The notes beneath the pieces are model-generated. The model was not told the DNA's origin. It saw only the letters and a program-made list of their open reading frames with translations, and did not search any database. A stretch of 64,000 bases of DNA from an uncultured bacterium (lineage in GTDB: Bacteria > Desulfobacterota_D > UBA1144 > Nemesobacterales > UBA2774): NCBI GenBank assembly GCA_963825135.1, contig CAWGRW010000009.1, positions 704,001 to 768,000 of the forward strand, read 5' to 3'. The stretch's first letter is position 1. Each line of letters starts with the position of its first letter. A program made the translations under genes and the position numbers. This document shows, piece after piece, positions 1 to 9,453 of this stretch.

Positions 1-398
1 GCGAAAGACTTTTTAAAGACATTCGTTATCTTTTTGCCGCCGACCCCTTCCGGCGTGCTTACCCTTACGTCGCTATACTCCCATTTGATGCCGCCCTCCG
101 CCCTTTTATATGCCTTTTTCGACTCGATGTCCTTGATCGAAATACCGAGGTCAAAGAAAGCGCCCGCGATAATACGGTCCGCCTCTTTTACGGCGGTGCT
201 CATTTTTTGTGTTGTAACCGCGGGAGTGGACTCGCCGGAGGGTATATACTTTTTTAACTTATACAGACCGTAAAGACCCAATATCAGGACTACGACGAAC
301 GAGAAGGCAAAGATGAAAATCCTGCCCGCATTCGTCTTCCTTCCGCCCTTTTTTCTTTCAGATCTTCTGGACTTGCTGTTCCGTGTCGATTTCGACAA
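1..398 (-). CDS. Partial membrane-anchored protein running off the window start; possibly divergent polysaccharide deacetylase family by position after ctpA
   Basis: Manual translation from TTG at 398: basic N-terminus (SKSTRNSKSRRSERKKGGRK), TM helix (IFIFAFSFVVVLILGLYGLY), open to position 1. Family assignment from synteny only. Confidence 0.55.
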   Translation of the reverse strand, partial: MSKSTRNSKSRRSERKKGGRKTNAGRIFIFAFSFVVVLILGLYGLYKLKKYIPSGESTPAVTTQKMSTAVKEADRIIAGAFFDLGISIKDIESKKAYKRAEGGIKWEYSDVRVSTPEGVGGKKITNVFKKSF

Positions 399-412
399 AA
401 GAAGGGCGCTCC

Positions 413-1570
413 CTAGCCCTTTGGAATTGTTTTACCGGATTCAGATGATTTTAAGATATTAACCGCGCTTTGAAGCTGCTTATCCTGGTCCTTGGGATTC
501 TCGACAATAATATCCGGCGTCACTCCCACCTTGTTTATCGACCTGCCGCTCGGAGCATAGAATTTGGCTGTCGTGAGCTTGAGCCCCGAACCGTCTTCGA
601 GCTTTATGATGGTTTGCACGGACCCTTTACCGAACGTCTTTGTGCCGAGTATCACGGCCCGCTTGCTGTCCTGGAGCGCCTCCGCGACCACCTCCGATGC
701 GCTCGCGCTGCCTTCGTTTACAAGCACGACGACCGGGAAAGTCTGAAAGCTCCCGTTCTTTGTAGCGTAGTATTCCCTTGTCTGGTCCTGGGTCCGTCCT
801 TTGACGCTCACAATCAGGCCTGTGTCGATAAACTCATCGACTATGTCTATCGCCTCTGTCAGAAGACCCCCGGGGTTGTTCCTGAGATCGAGTATCAACC
901 CCCTGAGCTCCTTCCCGTTCTTCGCTTCGAGCCCGGCAATGGCCTGCCTTAGCTCATCGGAAGAATGGTCCTGAAACTGTGCCAGCCTTATATACCCGAT
1001 CCCGTTATCAAGGAGCTCGGATTTGACGCTTTTTACGACTATCTTGTCCCTTATGAGGGTTACGACTCTGGGTTCCGGCTCCCCTTCCCTCCTGATCGTA
1101 ATTTTTACAGCGGTCCCGCTGGGGCCCCTCAGGAGCTGGACCGCCTCCTGAACCACCATGCCCTGTGTGGATTTCCCCTCGATCTCGATTATCTGGTCCC
1201 TCGGCTTGATACCCGCTTTTTCGGCAGGGCTGCCCTCTATGGGCGTAATGACGGTGAGGAACCCGTTTTCTTCCGAGACCTCCATTCCGACGCCGCCGAA
1301 TTCCCCGGACGTGCCTATCTCGAGCTCTCTGTACCGCTCCGGGCTCAGATAGGTCGAGTATGGATCGAGGGTCTTGAGCATACCGTCGATCGCGCTTGTC
1401 GTAAGCTTCTCGGAATCGACCTCTTCGACATAATTCCTCTCGACGATATCGAGGACCCTCGTGAAGTTGGAGAGCCCCTCGTATGTGGCATCGTCCGCAC
1501 CCGCTCGATAGGAACCCGGGACACTCAGAATTAAAAACAGATATAAGATAATAACCCTTTTCATTTTCAC
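413..1570 (-). CDS. ctpA: S41 family C-terminal processing protease with PDZ domain
   Basis: LDPYS, DLRNNPGG, SASASE (catalytic Ser), TFGKGSVQ (catalytic Lys); signal peptide. ATG at 1564 is an alternative start. Confidence 0.95.
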   Translation of the reverse strand: MKMKRVIILYLFLILSVPGSYRAGADDATYEGLSNFTRVLDIVERNYVEEVDSEKLTTSAIDGMLKTLDPYSTYLSPERYRELEIGTSGEFGGVGMEVSEENGFLTVITPIEGSPAEKAGIKPRDQIIEIEGKSTQGMVVQEAVQLLRGPSGTAVKITIRREGEPEPRVVTLIRDKIVVKSVKSELLDNGIGYIRLAQFQDHSSDELRQAIAGLEAKNGKELRGLILDLRNNPGGLLTEAIDIVDEFIDTGLIVSVKGRTQDQTREYYATKNGSFQTFPVVVLVNEGSASASEVVAEALQDSKRAVILGTKTFGKGSVQTIIKLEDGSGLKLTTAKFYAPSGRSINKVGVTPDIIVENPKDQDKQLQSAVNILKSSESGKTIPKG

Positions 1571-2034
1571 TGTTAAGCTACCTCTCTAATAGAGATTAAC
1601 CAAACATGCCCGAATCGGCAACCCGAAATACTGTGTTATTACAGCCGCGCGGCATGAATCGGCGGAACGGAAGGGGGGGACGTATAAGATATTAATAGGA
1701 TTTCCGGACGCTTATTCGGTTGTCGATAGACACTCGCCTGCGGATTGACACGCTCCCGCAGTGATAAGCATACCCGGACAACCGGCTCGAAACCGGGCCG
1801 GCTCTACATTTAATGTTCAGTATTACGACGAAGAGGAGCGTTCTAACTTGCCGTATACATTCACAACACGCAGCATGAAACGACCGCCGCAGGGGGCACG
1901 CGGCCTCTATTGTCATATGCAGGACGGCTTCGATAAAGGCACGTCTTTTAATCCGCTCGGGCCTGGTCGGCTGATACAGGGAATTTGAAGAGTCCCCAAG
2001 ATTGATATAAATTAATCCGGGGGAGGCAGACTTA

Positions 2035-2265
2035 ATGCTAGAGATGGTATCCACGGTTCTAAGCAGATTCATACAAAGCTATACCTCTGTAGTCCTTCAG
2101 CTTTCAAAGGATTGGTTCTTTCCGTTCAAGATACTTTTCGTCCCCCTCTCTTTCTTTATCTATTGTCTGACATTCCTCGTGATCGCGGCAGTGCTGCTGA
2201 TAGTAGTGATGATCGTATTCCCGCTGTCCTTCTTCTCCAAACTGGTGTTCAGGCTGCAGGTCTAG
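2035..2265 (+). CDS. Small hydrophobic membrane protein (76 aa), unknown function
   Basis: GGGAGG SD upstream of ATG; long hydrophobic stretch. Confidence 0.55.
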   Translation: MLEMVSTVLSRFIQSYTSVVLQLSKDWFFPFKILFVPLSFFIYCLTFLVIAAVLLIVVMIVFPLSFFSKLVFRLQV

Positions 2266-2335
2266 CCCGGTTTACTATTCCGCGAACCGGTGATAACTTT
2301 TTTAAAGATAGTGAGGTGATATACTTAATAAGTTT

Positions 2336-3088
2336 ATGAAGGGGAAACTGGAATCATTCATAGACAAAGACAAGCTTCCCGCGCACATCGCTATAATAAT
2401 GGATGGGAACGGAAGGTGGGCGAAGAATAAGAACCTCGACCGGATCAGCGGGCACAGAGAGGGCATGAAATCCGTCCGGGCCGTCGTCACCGCGGCCAAA
2501 GAGCTCGGCATCGGGCATGTGACGCTTTACGCATTCTCGGCGCAGAACTGGAAAAGACCGAAAAACGAAGTCGATGCCCTGATGGAGCTGCTGAAGCACT
2601 ATCTTCTCAACGAGCGCGGCAAATTGATAGAGAACGGTATCAAACTCAACGCCATAGGCAGGCTCCGGGATCTCCCGCAATCCGTATCCGATGTGCTCGG
2701 GGAAACGACGGAGATGACGAAAGGCGGCCGGGAGATGACCCTCACTCTCGCTCTCAGCTACGGCGGGAGGGAAGAGATTGTCGACGCCGTTAAAAAAATC
2801 CTCGCCGGGGACAGGATATCTCCCGAATCGATAGACCAATCGAATTTCTCTCAATTTCTCTACACGAGCGACATGCCCGAGCCCGACCTGTTGATACGCA
2901 CAAGCGGCGAAATGAGGCTCTCCAATTTCATGCTCTGGCAGATCGCCTACGCGGAGATCTACGTCACGAGGACGCTCTGGCCCAATTTCAGAAAGAGACA
3001 CCTCGTGAAAGCCATACTCAATTACCAGAACCGGGAACGGAGATTCGGGCTTACCGGGGAGCAGATAAAAAAAAGGGAAGCCATTTGA
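2336..3088 (+). CDS. uppS: Undecaprenyl diphosphate synthase
   Basis: HIAIIMDGNGRWA, SYGGREEI, PDLLIRTSGEMRLSNFMLWQ, ERRFG. Confidence 0.97.
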   Translation: MKGKLESFIDKDKLPAHIAIIMDGNGRWAKNKNLDRISGHREGMKSVRAVVTAAKELGIGHVTLYAFSAQNWKRPKNEVDALMELLKHYLLNERGKLIENGIKLNAIGRLRDLPQSVSDVLGETTEMTKGGREMTLTLALSYGGREEIVDAVKKILAGDRISPESIDQSNFSQFLYTSDMPEPDLLIRTSGEMRLSNFMLWQIAYAEIYVTRTLWPNFRKRHLVKAILNYQNRERRFGLTGEQIKKREAI

Positions 3089-4245
3089 AAAACATTTCCA
3101 TCCTCGGCTCCACGGGCTCCATCGGGAAGCAGACCCTGGATGTAATATCGCAGTACCCGGAGAGATTCAGGGTCCTGGGTCTTTCGGCGGGCGAGAACGT
3201 CGTGCTCCTCGCGGAGCAGGTACGTAAATTCAGACCGGAAGCGGTATCGGTCAGGGACGCCGGGCTCGCGGACGCGCTTCGGGCGATAATAAGAGATACG
3301 GGTACAGAAATCCTGTACGGCACGGACGGGGCCGGCGAAATCGCGTCGCTTGACGGTAACGACCTGGTGGTATCGGCCATGGTGGGGGCGTCAGGCCTCC
3401 TGCCCACATTATCGGCGGTCATGGCGGGGAAGGACGTGGCGCTCGCGAATAAGGAATCGCTGGTAATAGCGGGAGAGATACTGACCGGCGAGGCGGAAAA
3501 AAACGGGGTCAGGATAATTCCGGTCGACAGCGAGCACAGCGCTATATTCCAGGCGCTCGAAACGTGCGGGAAGGAATACGCCAGACGGCTCATCATTACC
3601 GCCTCAGGGGGGCCGTTCTTAAACACGCCCGAAGAAGAGCTCCGGGACGTTACGGTGGAGGGTGCGCTAAACCATCCGACGTGGAAGATGGGGGACAAGA
3701 TAACCATCGATTCGGCTACACTAATGAACAAAGGATTCGAGGTAATCGAGGCCAAATGGCTTTTCGGGTTCGAACCGGAGCGTATTTCCGTCTGGATTCA
3801 CCCGCAGAGCATAGTGCACTCTATGGTAGAATATATAGACGGGTCTCTCATATCGCAGATGAGCGTTCCCGACATGAGGATACCTATCGCTTACGCGCTT
3901 TCCTATCCGGAGAGAATCCCGGTGAACGGGCACAGGGTGATGCCGGAGAGCTTCAGGGAGCTGACCTTCAGGGACGTCGATACGGAGAAATTTCCGTCGA
4001 TCTCGCTCGCGTTCGGCGCTCTTAAGGAAGGAGGCACCCTGCCCGCGGTAATGAACGGCGCAAACGAGGTCGCGGTAAGGGCTTTCCTGGCGAGGGAGAT
4101 CGGCTTCACCGATATTGTAAGAATCGTGGAAAAGGTAATGAGCCTTCACGAGACCGTGTCCGCTCGTTCGCTCGAATCAGTCCTCGAAAGCGACGCCTGG
4201 GCAAGGGATAAAGCCCGCACACTAATAAGAAATCGGGAGAATTGA
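3085..4245 (+). CDS. dxr: 1-deoxy-D-xylulose 5-phosphate reductoisomerase
   Basis: LGSTGSIG, LANKESLV, PVDSEHSA, TASGGPF, HPTWKMGDKITIDSATLMNKG; TTG start overlaps the uppS stop. Confidence 0.97.
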   Translation: MKNISILGSTGSIGKQTLDVISQYPERFRVLGLSAGENVVLLAEQVRKFRPEAVSVRDAGLADALRAIIRDTGTEILYGTDGAGEIASLDGNDLVVSAMVGASGLLPTLSAVMAGKDVALANKESLVIAGEILTGEAEKNGVRIIPVDSEHSAIFQALETCGKEYARRLIITASGGPFLNTPEEELRDVTVEGALNHPTWKMGDKITIDSATLMNKGFEVIEAKWLFGFEPERISVWIHPQSIVHSMVEYIDGSLISQMSVPDMRIPIAYALSYPERIPVNGHRVMPESFRELTFRDVDTEKFPSISLAFGALKEGGTLPAVMNGANEVAVRAFLAREIGFTDIVRIVEKVMSLHETVSARSLESVLESDAWARDKARTLIRNREN

Positions 4246-4248
4246 GAA

Positions 4249-5847
4249 ATGACGGCAATCATAGCTTTTATTTTCGTAATAGGGATATTGGTATTCATAC
4301 ACGAGCTGGGGCATTTTCTCCTGGCCAAGTGGAGCGGAGTGAGGGTGGAAAAGTTTTCCCTCGGCTTCGGAAAAAAAATATTCGGCGTCAGGAAGGGCGA
4401 GACCGAATATCTGCTCTGCGCGCTTCCCCTGGGCGGCTACGTAAAGATGTACGGCGAAGGCTCGGAGGGGAATTTCATCGTGGACAAGGTTGACCCGGGC
4501 TCGGACGCCGACAGGGCCGGATTCAGAGCGGGGGACAGGATCGTAAGCATCGAAGGGATCGAGCTGACCTCATTTCCGCGCTGGAAACAGCTTGAGGCTT
4601 CTTTGGAGAAAGAGCCCGCAAAGGATTATCAGTTTGTCCTTGAAAGGGACGATAAAAAGATAGATGTTGCGGCAAAGGCGGGGAGCCTCGAAGGCGCGGA
4701 CACGTATTCGGAAAAGGAATATCCGAGGGGCTTTTCGAACCAGCCCCTCTTAAACAGGCTCCTGATAGTAGTGGCGGGCCCTTTCATGAACTTCCTCCTC
4801 CCGTTCTTTTTCCTGCCCATCGTTTACATGATAGGCATCTCCGTGCCGGCGTATCTCGAACAGGCGCCCGTCATCGGATACATTAAGCCCGGCTCCCTGG
4901 CCGAGGAAGCCGGTTTCATGAAGGGCGACAAGATACTGGAGATCGAAGGAACGGAGGTATCCGACTGGAAGGACGTGAATATCGAGCTCCAGACAAACCC
5001 CGACGCCCTCCTCAATATCGAAGTAGACAGGGGCGGGGTGAGGAAGGACATTCCGGTAAAGGCGCAGGCTTCGTCCGAAGGGATGGTCGCGATCGGGTTC
5101 GGCGAGCCCATCAAGGCGCGGGTCGGGACCGTAGTAGCCGGCACCCCGGCGGAGAAAGCGGACCTGCAAAAGGGCGATGAAATACTGGAAGTGAACGGAG
5201 CCAGGATACAGGATTGGGACCACATGGCTTCGATCGTGAAAGAGAATTCGGGCAAGGAAGTAACGCTCCTGATAAAACGGCAGGGCAAAGAGATGACAAA
5301 GCTCATAACCCCGGAGACCTCGGTCGAGACTGGGAAAGGGGCGATCGGAATCTCCCCGTATCAGGATGAGATCGTAAAAAAATACGGATTCTTCCAGGCC
5401 ATTGTTAACGGGGTGAAAGAGGCCGCGAACATGATAGCTGAGGTCGTGGTGCTCCTGTTCGGCTTCCTTTATAAGCTGGTCACGGGCAAGATCGCGTTAG
5501 GCACCGCGGGAAAGAGTCTCGCGGGCCCGATACTCATAGCGAAGGTCTCCGGGGCGGCCGCGGAAAACGGCATAGCGCAGCTCCTTCAGTTCACGTGCTT
5601 TATAAGCATTAACCTCGCGGTTATAAACCTTTTCCCGATCCCTATGCTGGACGGAGGCCACGTCCTGTATTTGATAATAGAGAGCATCAAGAAGAAGCCG
5701 CTCAGCCAGAGGACGCTCGAGATAAGCCAGAAGATCGGATTGACGATACTTATATTCATTATGTTCGTTGCGATCTATAACGACCTCTCGAGAGTGAAAG
5801 GGGATATACTCAACTCGCTTAGCCGTCTCGTCGATGTCGTAAAATAA
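4249..5847 (+). CDS. rseP: RIP metalloprotease RseP (M50) with three PDZ-like domains
   Basis: HELGH, PLGGYVKM, AGPFMNF, NLFPIPMLDGG; follows dxr. Confidence 0.95.
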   Translation: MTAIIAFIFVIGILVFIHELGHFLLAKWSGVRVEKFSLGFGKKIFGVRKGETEYLLCALPLGGYVKMYGEGSEGNFIVDKVDPGSDADRAGFRAGDRIVSIEGIELTSFPRWKQLEASLEKEPAKDYQFVLERDDKKIDVAAKAGSLEGADTYSEKEYPRGFSNQPLLNRLLIVVAGPFMNFLLPFFFLPIVYMIGISVPAYLEQAPVIGYIKPGSLAEEAGFMKGDKILEIEGTEVSDWKDVNIELQTNPDALLNIEVDRGGVRKDIPVKAQASSEGMVAIGFGEPIKARVGTVVAGTPAEKADLQKGDEILEVNGARIQDWDHMASIVKENSGKEVTLLIKRQGKEMTKLITPETSVETGKGAIGISPYQDEIVKKYGFFQAIVNGVKEAANMIAEVVVLLFGFLYKLVTGKIALGTAGKSLAGPILIAKVSGAAAENGIAQLLQFTCFISINLAVINLFPIPMLDGGHVLYLIIESIKKKPLSQRTLEISQKIGLTILIFIMFVAIYNDLSRVKGDILNSLSRLVDVVK

Positions 5848-5935
5848 TCGCCCGGGGAGCCGGATAGGGAATATAATTCCACCGGAGGGGTGCACGGCGG
5901 CATAACGAACCGGCTCCGAGCATGCGCTTTCTCAA

Positions 5936-6856
5936 ATGAGCTTCCTTAAACTGGGCAAGGACAACTGGGCGAGGACGAGCCCTACGAAGGAAGGGCTGAC
6001 CTTCATCGCCCTTAGCCTCTTCGTCGGTTTCGCCGCCATTAACACCGGGAACAACCTCCTCTATCTGACTTTCGGAATCATGATGAGCTTCGTCGCGGCC
6101 TCGGGGATACTCTCGATGATCAACCTCGCGAGGATCGAGGTCAGAATCGACCCCCCCGGAGACGTTTTCGCGCTCACCCCGGCGACGCTTAAGTTCTCGC
6201 TCACTAACGGCAAATCCCTCATCCCCTCATACTCGCTTAACGTCGAATTCGACGAAAAGAAAGCCTACGTCCCTTACCTATCTTCAAAACACCCGGTTAC
6301 CGCCTCGCTGACATACAATTTCAAGGTGAGGGGATGGAACAGGATTCCGGAAGCCAGGCTCTCGACCAGGTTCCCTTTCGGTTTCTTCAGGAAATGGATT
6401 AGGTTAGACCTGGGGGAGGACGAAATTCTGGTATTCCCGAAAATAGATGCAATAGACGCCGGGCATGAATCCTTTAAGGAAGGGCCGGGGGACGGAGGCT
6501 CCGAGAAAACCGGGTTCGGACATGACCTGAGGTCGCTCAGGGAATTCCAGGAGGGCGACAACCCGAGACTTATACACTGGAAAACGACCGCCAAAACGGG
6601 GAGGCTCATGGTAAGGGAAATGGAGGGAGAGGAGATACGGGGAGCGGTTGTCGAATTCCGCCCCGAAAGGGACAGAACGAGGCTCGAACACCAGATAAGC
6701 CGTCTGGCGTCGCTTCTCGTGGAGTTGTTTAAGCTCGGTTTCGAGGTCGAGTTCAAAGCCCCTGATCGTACTTTCCATAGCTCCAGGACAGGAAGGTCTC
6801 CGCGGCCGCTGCTGAGGTACCTGGCATTATTCGGACTTCCGGAAAAAGCCGCATAG
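5936..6856 (+). CDS. DUF58 domain membrane protein
   Basis: AAINTGNNLLYL, TRFPFGFF, LREFQEGDNPRLIHWKTTAK. Confidence 0.88.
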   Translation: MSFLKLGKDNWARTSPTKEGLTFIALSLFVGFAAINTGNNLLYLTFGIMMSFVAASGILSMINLARIEVRIDPPGDVFALTPATLKFSLTNGKSLIPSYSLNVEFDEKKAYVPYLSSKHPVTASLTYNFKVRGWNRIPEARLSTRFPFGFFRKWIRLDLGEDEILVFPKIDAIDAGHESFKEGPGDGGSEKTGFGHDLRSLREFQEGDNPRLIHWKTTAKTGRLMVREMEGEEIRGAVVEFRPERDRTRLEHQISRLASLLVELFKLGFEVEFKAPDRTFHSSRTGRSPRPLLRYLALFGLPEKAA

Positions 6857-6953
6857 GAAGATGATAACCGTCCCGCCCGGCTATGATTCTCATTCCGCTT
6901 TTACGGCGGCGACATCAGAGGGACATTCCCTCTATTTTCAGGTATAAATTCAT

Positions 6954-7391
6954 ATGCCGTCTGATTCCGACAAAGACCTCATACTCGAAGTGAACGAAAG
7001 GTTCTACAGGGCCCTCGGCGCAAGAGACCTTGAGCTCATGGACACTGTGTTCGTCCACGACGAGAGGGCCGGCTGCACTCATCCGGGCTGGGTAATGCTC
7101 AGGGGATGGGAAGCCATAAGACAGAGCTGGGAGAACGTCTTTGACCCCGAAGACAGGCTCGGCATAAAGCTCCACAATATCACCGTCGACATCAAAGGGG
7201 ACGCCGCGTACGTTACCTGCATTCAGGAGCTGACCTACATCAGGCGTGACCCCGTAATGATGAACGTCTCCATATCGACGAATATTTTTGAAAAAACCGC
7301 AGCGGGCTGGCTGATGGTAATCCACCACGCTTCGCCCGTGCCTTTTGTCACGGAAGAAAAAGCGGAAAAAGAAGAAGATAATTTGCAGTAG
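6954..7391 (+). CDS. NTF2/SnoaL-like domain protein
   Basis: NERFYRAL, CTHPGW, GWEAIRQSW, TNIFEK, WLMVIHHASP. Confidence 0.85.
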   Translation: MPSDSDKDLILEVNERFYRALGARDLELMDTVFVHDERAGCTHPGWVMLRGWEAIRQSWENVFDPEDRLGIKLHNITVDIKGDAAYVTCIQELTYIRRDPVMMNVSISTNIFEKTAAGWLMVIHHASPVPFVTEEKAEKEEDNLQ

Positions 7392-7418
7392 GGGTCCTGA
7401 AAAAATCCGTTTCCGGAT

Positions 7419-8165
7419 TCACGAATCCCCGTTGTGGTTGAAGTGGAGTCCGCACTCCTTGTCGGAATCGTTTTCCCACCACCAGCGCCCCGCCCTCTCG
7501 TCTTCCCCGGGTTTCACGGCGCGCGTGCAGGGGGCGCAGCCTATGCTCGGGTAGCCCATGTCGTGGAGCTTGTTGTAGGGGACGCTGCGCTCCTTTATGT
7601 AATCCCACACCTGCTTGCTCGTCCAGTCAACTAACGGATTTATCTTTAATATGCCGCCGTTGAGCTCGTCTATCTCGAACATTTTGGCCTCGGCCCTCGT
7701 CTCCAGCTGGTCCCGCCTTATGGATGTGATCCAGCCGTCCATACCGGAGAGGTAGCGTTTGAGCGGTCTGACTTTTCTGATTTCGCAGCAGAGTCTCCTG
7801 TTTTCCTTCCCTTTATAAAACAAGTTAACCCCGTGCTCGAGCACCATTTCCTCGACCTCGGACTTCTCCGGGAACACGACCTCTATCCGTGCCCCGTATC
7901 TTTTTCTGACCTCGTCCATGACGTCGTAGGTCTCCTGGTTGAGCCTGCCCGTATCGAGCGTAAATATCCTCGCGTCCCGGTTTAACGTCAGGAGCATATC
8001 TATGAGCACCATCCCCTGGGCCTGAAAGCTCGAAGCGAGCGCCACCCTAGGGTGTAGATTATCGAACGACCATTTAAGAATTTCTTCAGCCCCCCTGTCC
8101 TCGAACCTGACGTTCAGGTCCCTGACCTCGTCCGGGGTGAACATTCGTTTATGGCCGTCTTTCAC
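7419..8165 (-). CDS. cysH: Adenylyl-sulfate (APS/PAPS) reductase, [4Fe-4S] APS-type
   Basis: LDTG, CCEIRKVRP, GYPSIGCAPCT, RAGRWWWE, KECGLH; the CC plus CxxC cluster ligands are present. Start uncertain (see findings). Confidence 0.93.
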   Translation of the reverse strand: MKDGHKRMFTPDEVRDLNVRFEDRGAEEILKWSFDNLHPRVALASSFQAQGMVLIDMLLTLNRDARIFTLDTGRLNQETYDVMDEVRKRYGARIEVVFPEKSEVEEMVLEHGVNLFYKGKENRRLCCEIRKVRPLKRYLSGMDGWITSIRRDQLETRAEAKMFEIDELNGGILKINPLVDWTSKQVWDYIKERSVPYNKLHDMGYPSIGCAPCTRAVKPGEDERAGRWWWENDSDKECGLHFNHNGDS

Positions 8166-8248
8166 TCGCGATTTTTTACCGGCAGATCCTGATAAGCTGA
8201 TTTTTAATCACCTCTCCTATTTTGATGTCCCCATTCCTATTATATATG

Positions 8249-9262
8249 TTAATGACCGAAATTCCTGCTTATCATGGCCGCGACATCGTATCTGAAATAA
8301 AGGGAAGACAGGAAATACCCCATAGCCACGGCAATAAACGGTATGACAAACCAGAAGAACGCTATCCTCACTACGTGGCGGTTCTGGGCGGTGGCCGAGA
8401 ACCCCTGCTGAGCCAGGGAAAACCCTATTATACCGGACGTGACTATCTCCGCTAAGGACACAGGTACGCCGAAGAGCGAGGCAACGAGGATTATCGCGGC
8501 CCCAGTAAATTCAACCGAGATCGCCCTCAGTATGCAGATCTCCGTAATTTCCTTCCCGACGCTCTCAAGCACCCTCCCCCCGAAAAGCATTGCCCCGACA
8601 CCCATCGCCACGCCGGCCATGACGGCCCCCACGTTGGCGTTCATGAGCCCGAGGCCTACAAGAGGGCCGACCGAGTTGGCCGAATTGTTGGCCCCCGCGG
8701 AAAAAGCAACAAATACGCCTGAGATAGTTATCAGAATTGAGAGTATTCTATTTATACCCCCTTCCGAATACCGGGCGGTCAGAAACTGCAACGTTTTTAA
8801 ATATAGATACCTTGCAATGAGGTAATTCACCGCTAACGCCACGAGAGGCGTTATCACCCACCAGACTACTATCTCGAAAAATTTTTCGCTGTTGAGCGAT
8901 TTCGAATAAAGTCCGACCCCCACTATCGCGCAGACTATCGCGTGTGTCGTGGCCACGGGAACACGGGATATATTCGCCCAGGAAATGAAAATAATCGCGA
9001 TAATGAAGATGATTATGACGAGCCCTATGTGGGTCGAGAATATAGTGCCGGGCACGAGGCCGTTCCCGAGGGTCTTGATTACGGGCGTGCCCGCCAGAAG
9101 CGCTCCCAGGACCGCGAATATTGCGATCATCGCGGTCGCTTCCCTTTTAGTTCTCACCCCCGCGCCGTAAGCCGTGGCCATCGAAGCCGCCGAATTGTTA
9201 GCGCCTATGTTGAGCGCAAGAAATGCGGACAGAGCAATAGCTATAGGAAGGACGAAATCCAA
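8249..9262 (-). CDS. PiT-family anion permease, probable sulfate permease (CysP-like)
   Basis: Duplicated GANN motifs (IGANNSAASM, AGANNSANSVGP), many TM helices; directly upstream of cysH. Confidence 0.85.
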   Translation of the reverse strand: MDFVLPIAIALSAFLALNIGANNSAASMATAYGAGVRTKREATAMIAIFAVLGALLAGTPVIKTLGNGLVPGTIFSTHIGLVIIIFIIAIIFISWANISRVPVATTHAIVCAIVGVGLYSKSLNSEKFFEIVVWWVITPLVALAVNYLIARYLYLKTLQFLTARYSEGGINRILSILITISGVFVAFSAGANNSANSVGPLVGLGLMNANVGAVMAGVAMGVGAMLFGGRVLESVGKEITEICILRAISVEFTGAAIILVASLFGVPVSLAEIVTSGIIGFSLAQQGFSATAQNRHVVRIAFFWFVIPFIAVAMGYFLSSLYFRYDVAAMISRNFGH

Positions 9263-9322
9263 AGAGCAGTCTCCGTATGAATTAGCAGCTTATGATTTTG
9301 ATTACCGAATCTGATAAATTGA

Positions 9323-9338
9323 TGCAAATTGGGTGCCA
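9323..9338 (-). promoter_or_regulatory. sigma54 (-24/-12) promoter for permease-cysH
   Basis: Minus strand TGGCAC-CCAAT-TTGCA, an exact consensus match about 60 nt upstream of the permease start. Confidence 0.85.
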
Positions 9339-9453
9339 TGATAAATAATTGTGTGATTAAGGGCAATATCTCCAGCCTGTCCACCCGTCATCTTGATTAT
9401 TGAGTAATCACTCCGTATATTTTTGTTACAATCACAAAGGGGATGTTTTAACC

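Noticed and set aside
1692..2072. ORFs 1692-2072 (-) and 1761-1988 (+)
   Set aside because: No SD or family motifs and atypical composition
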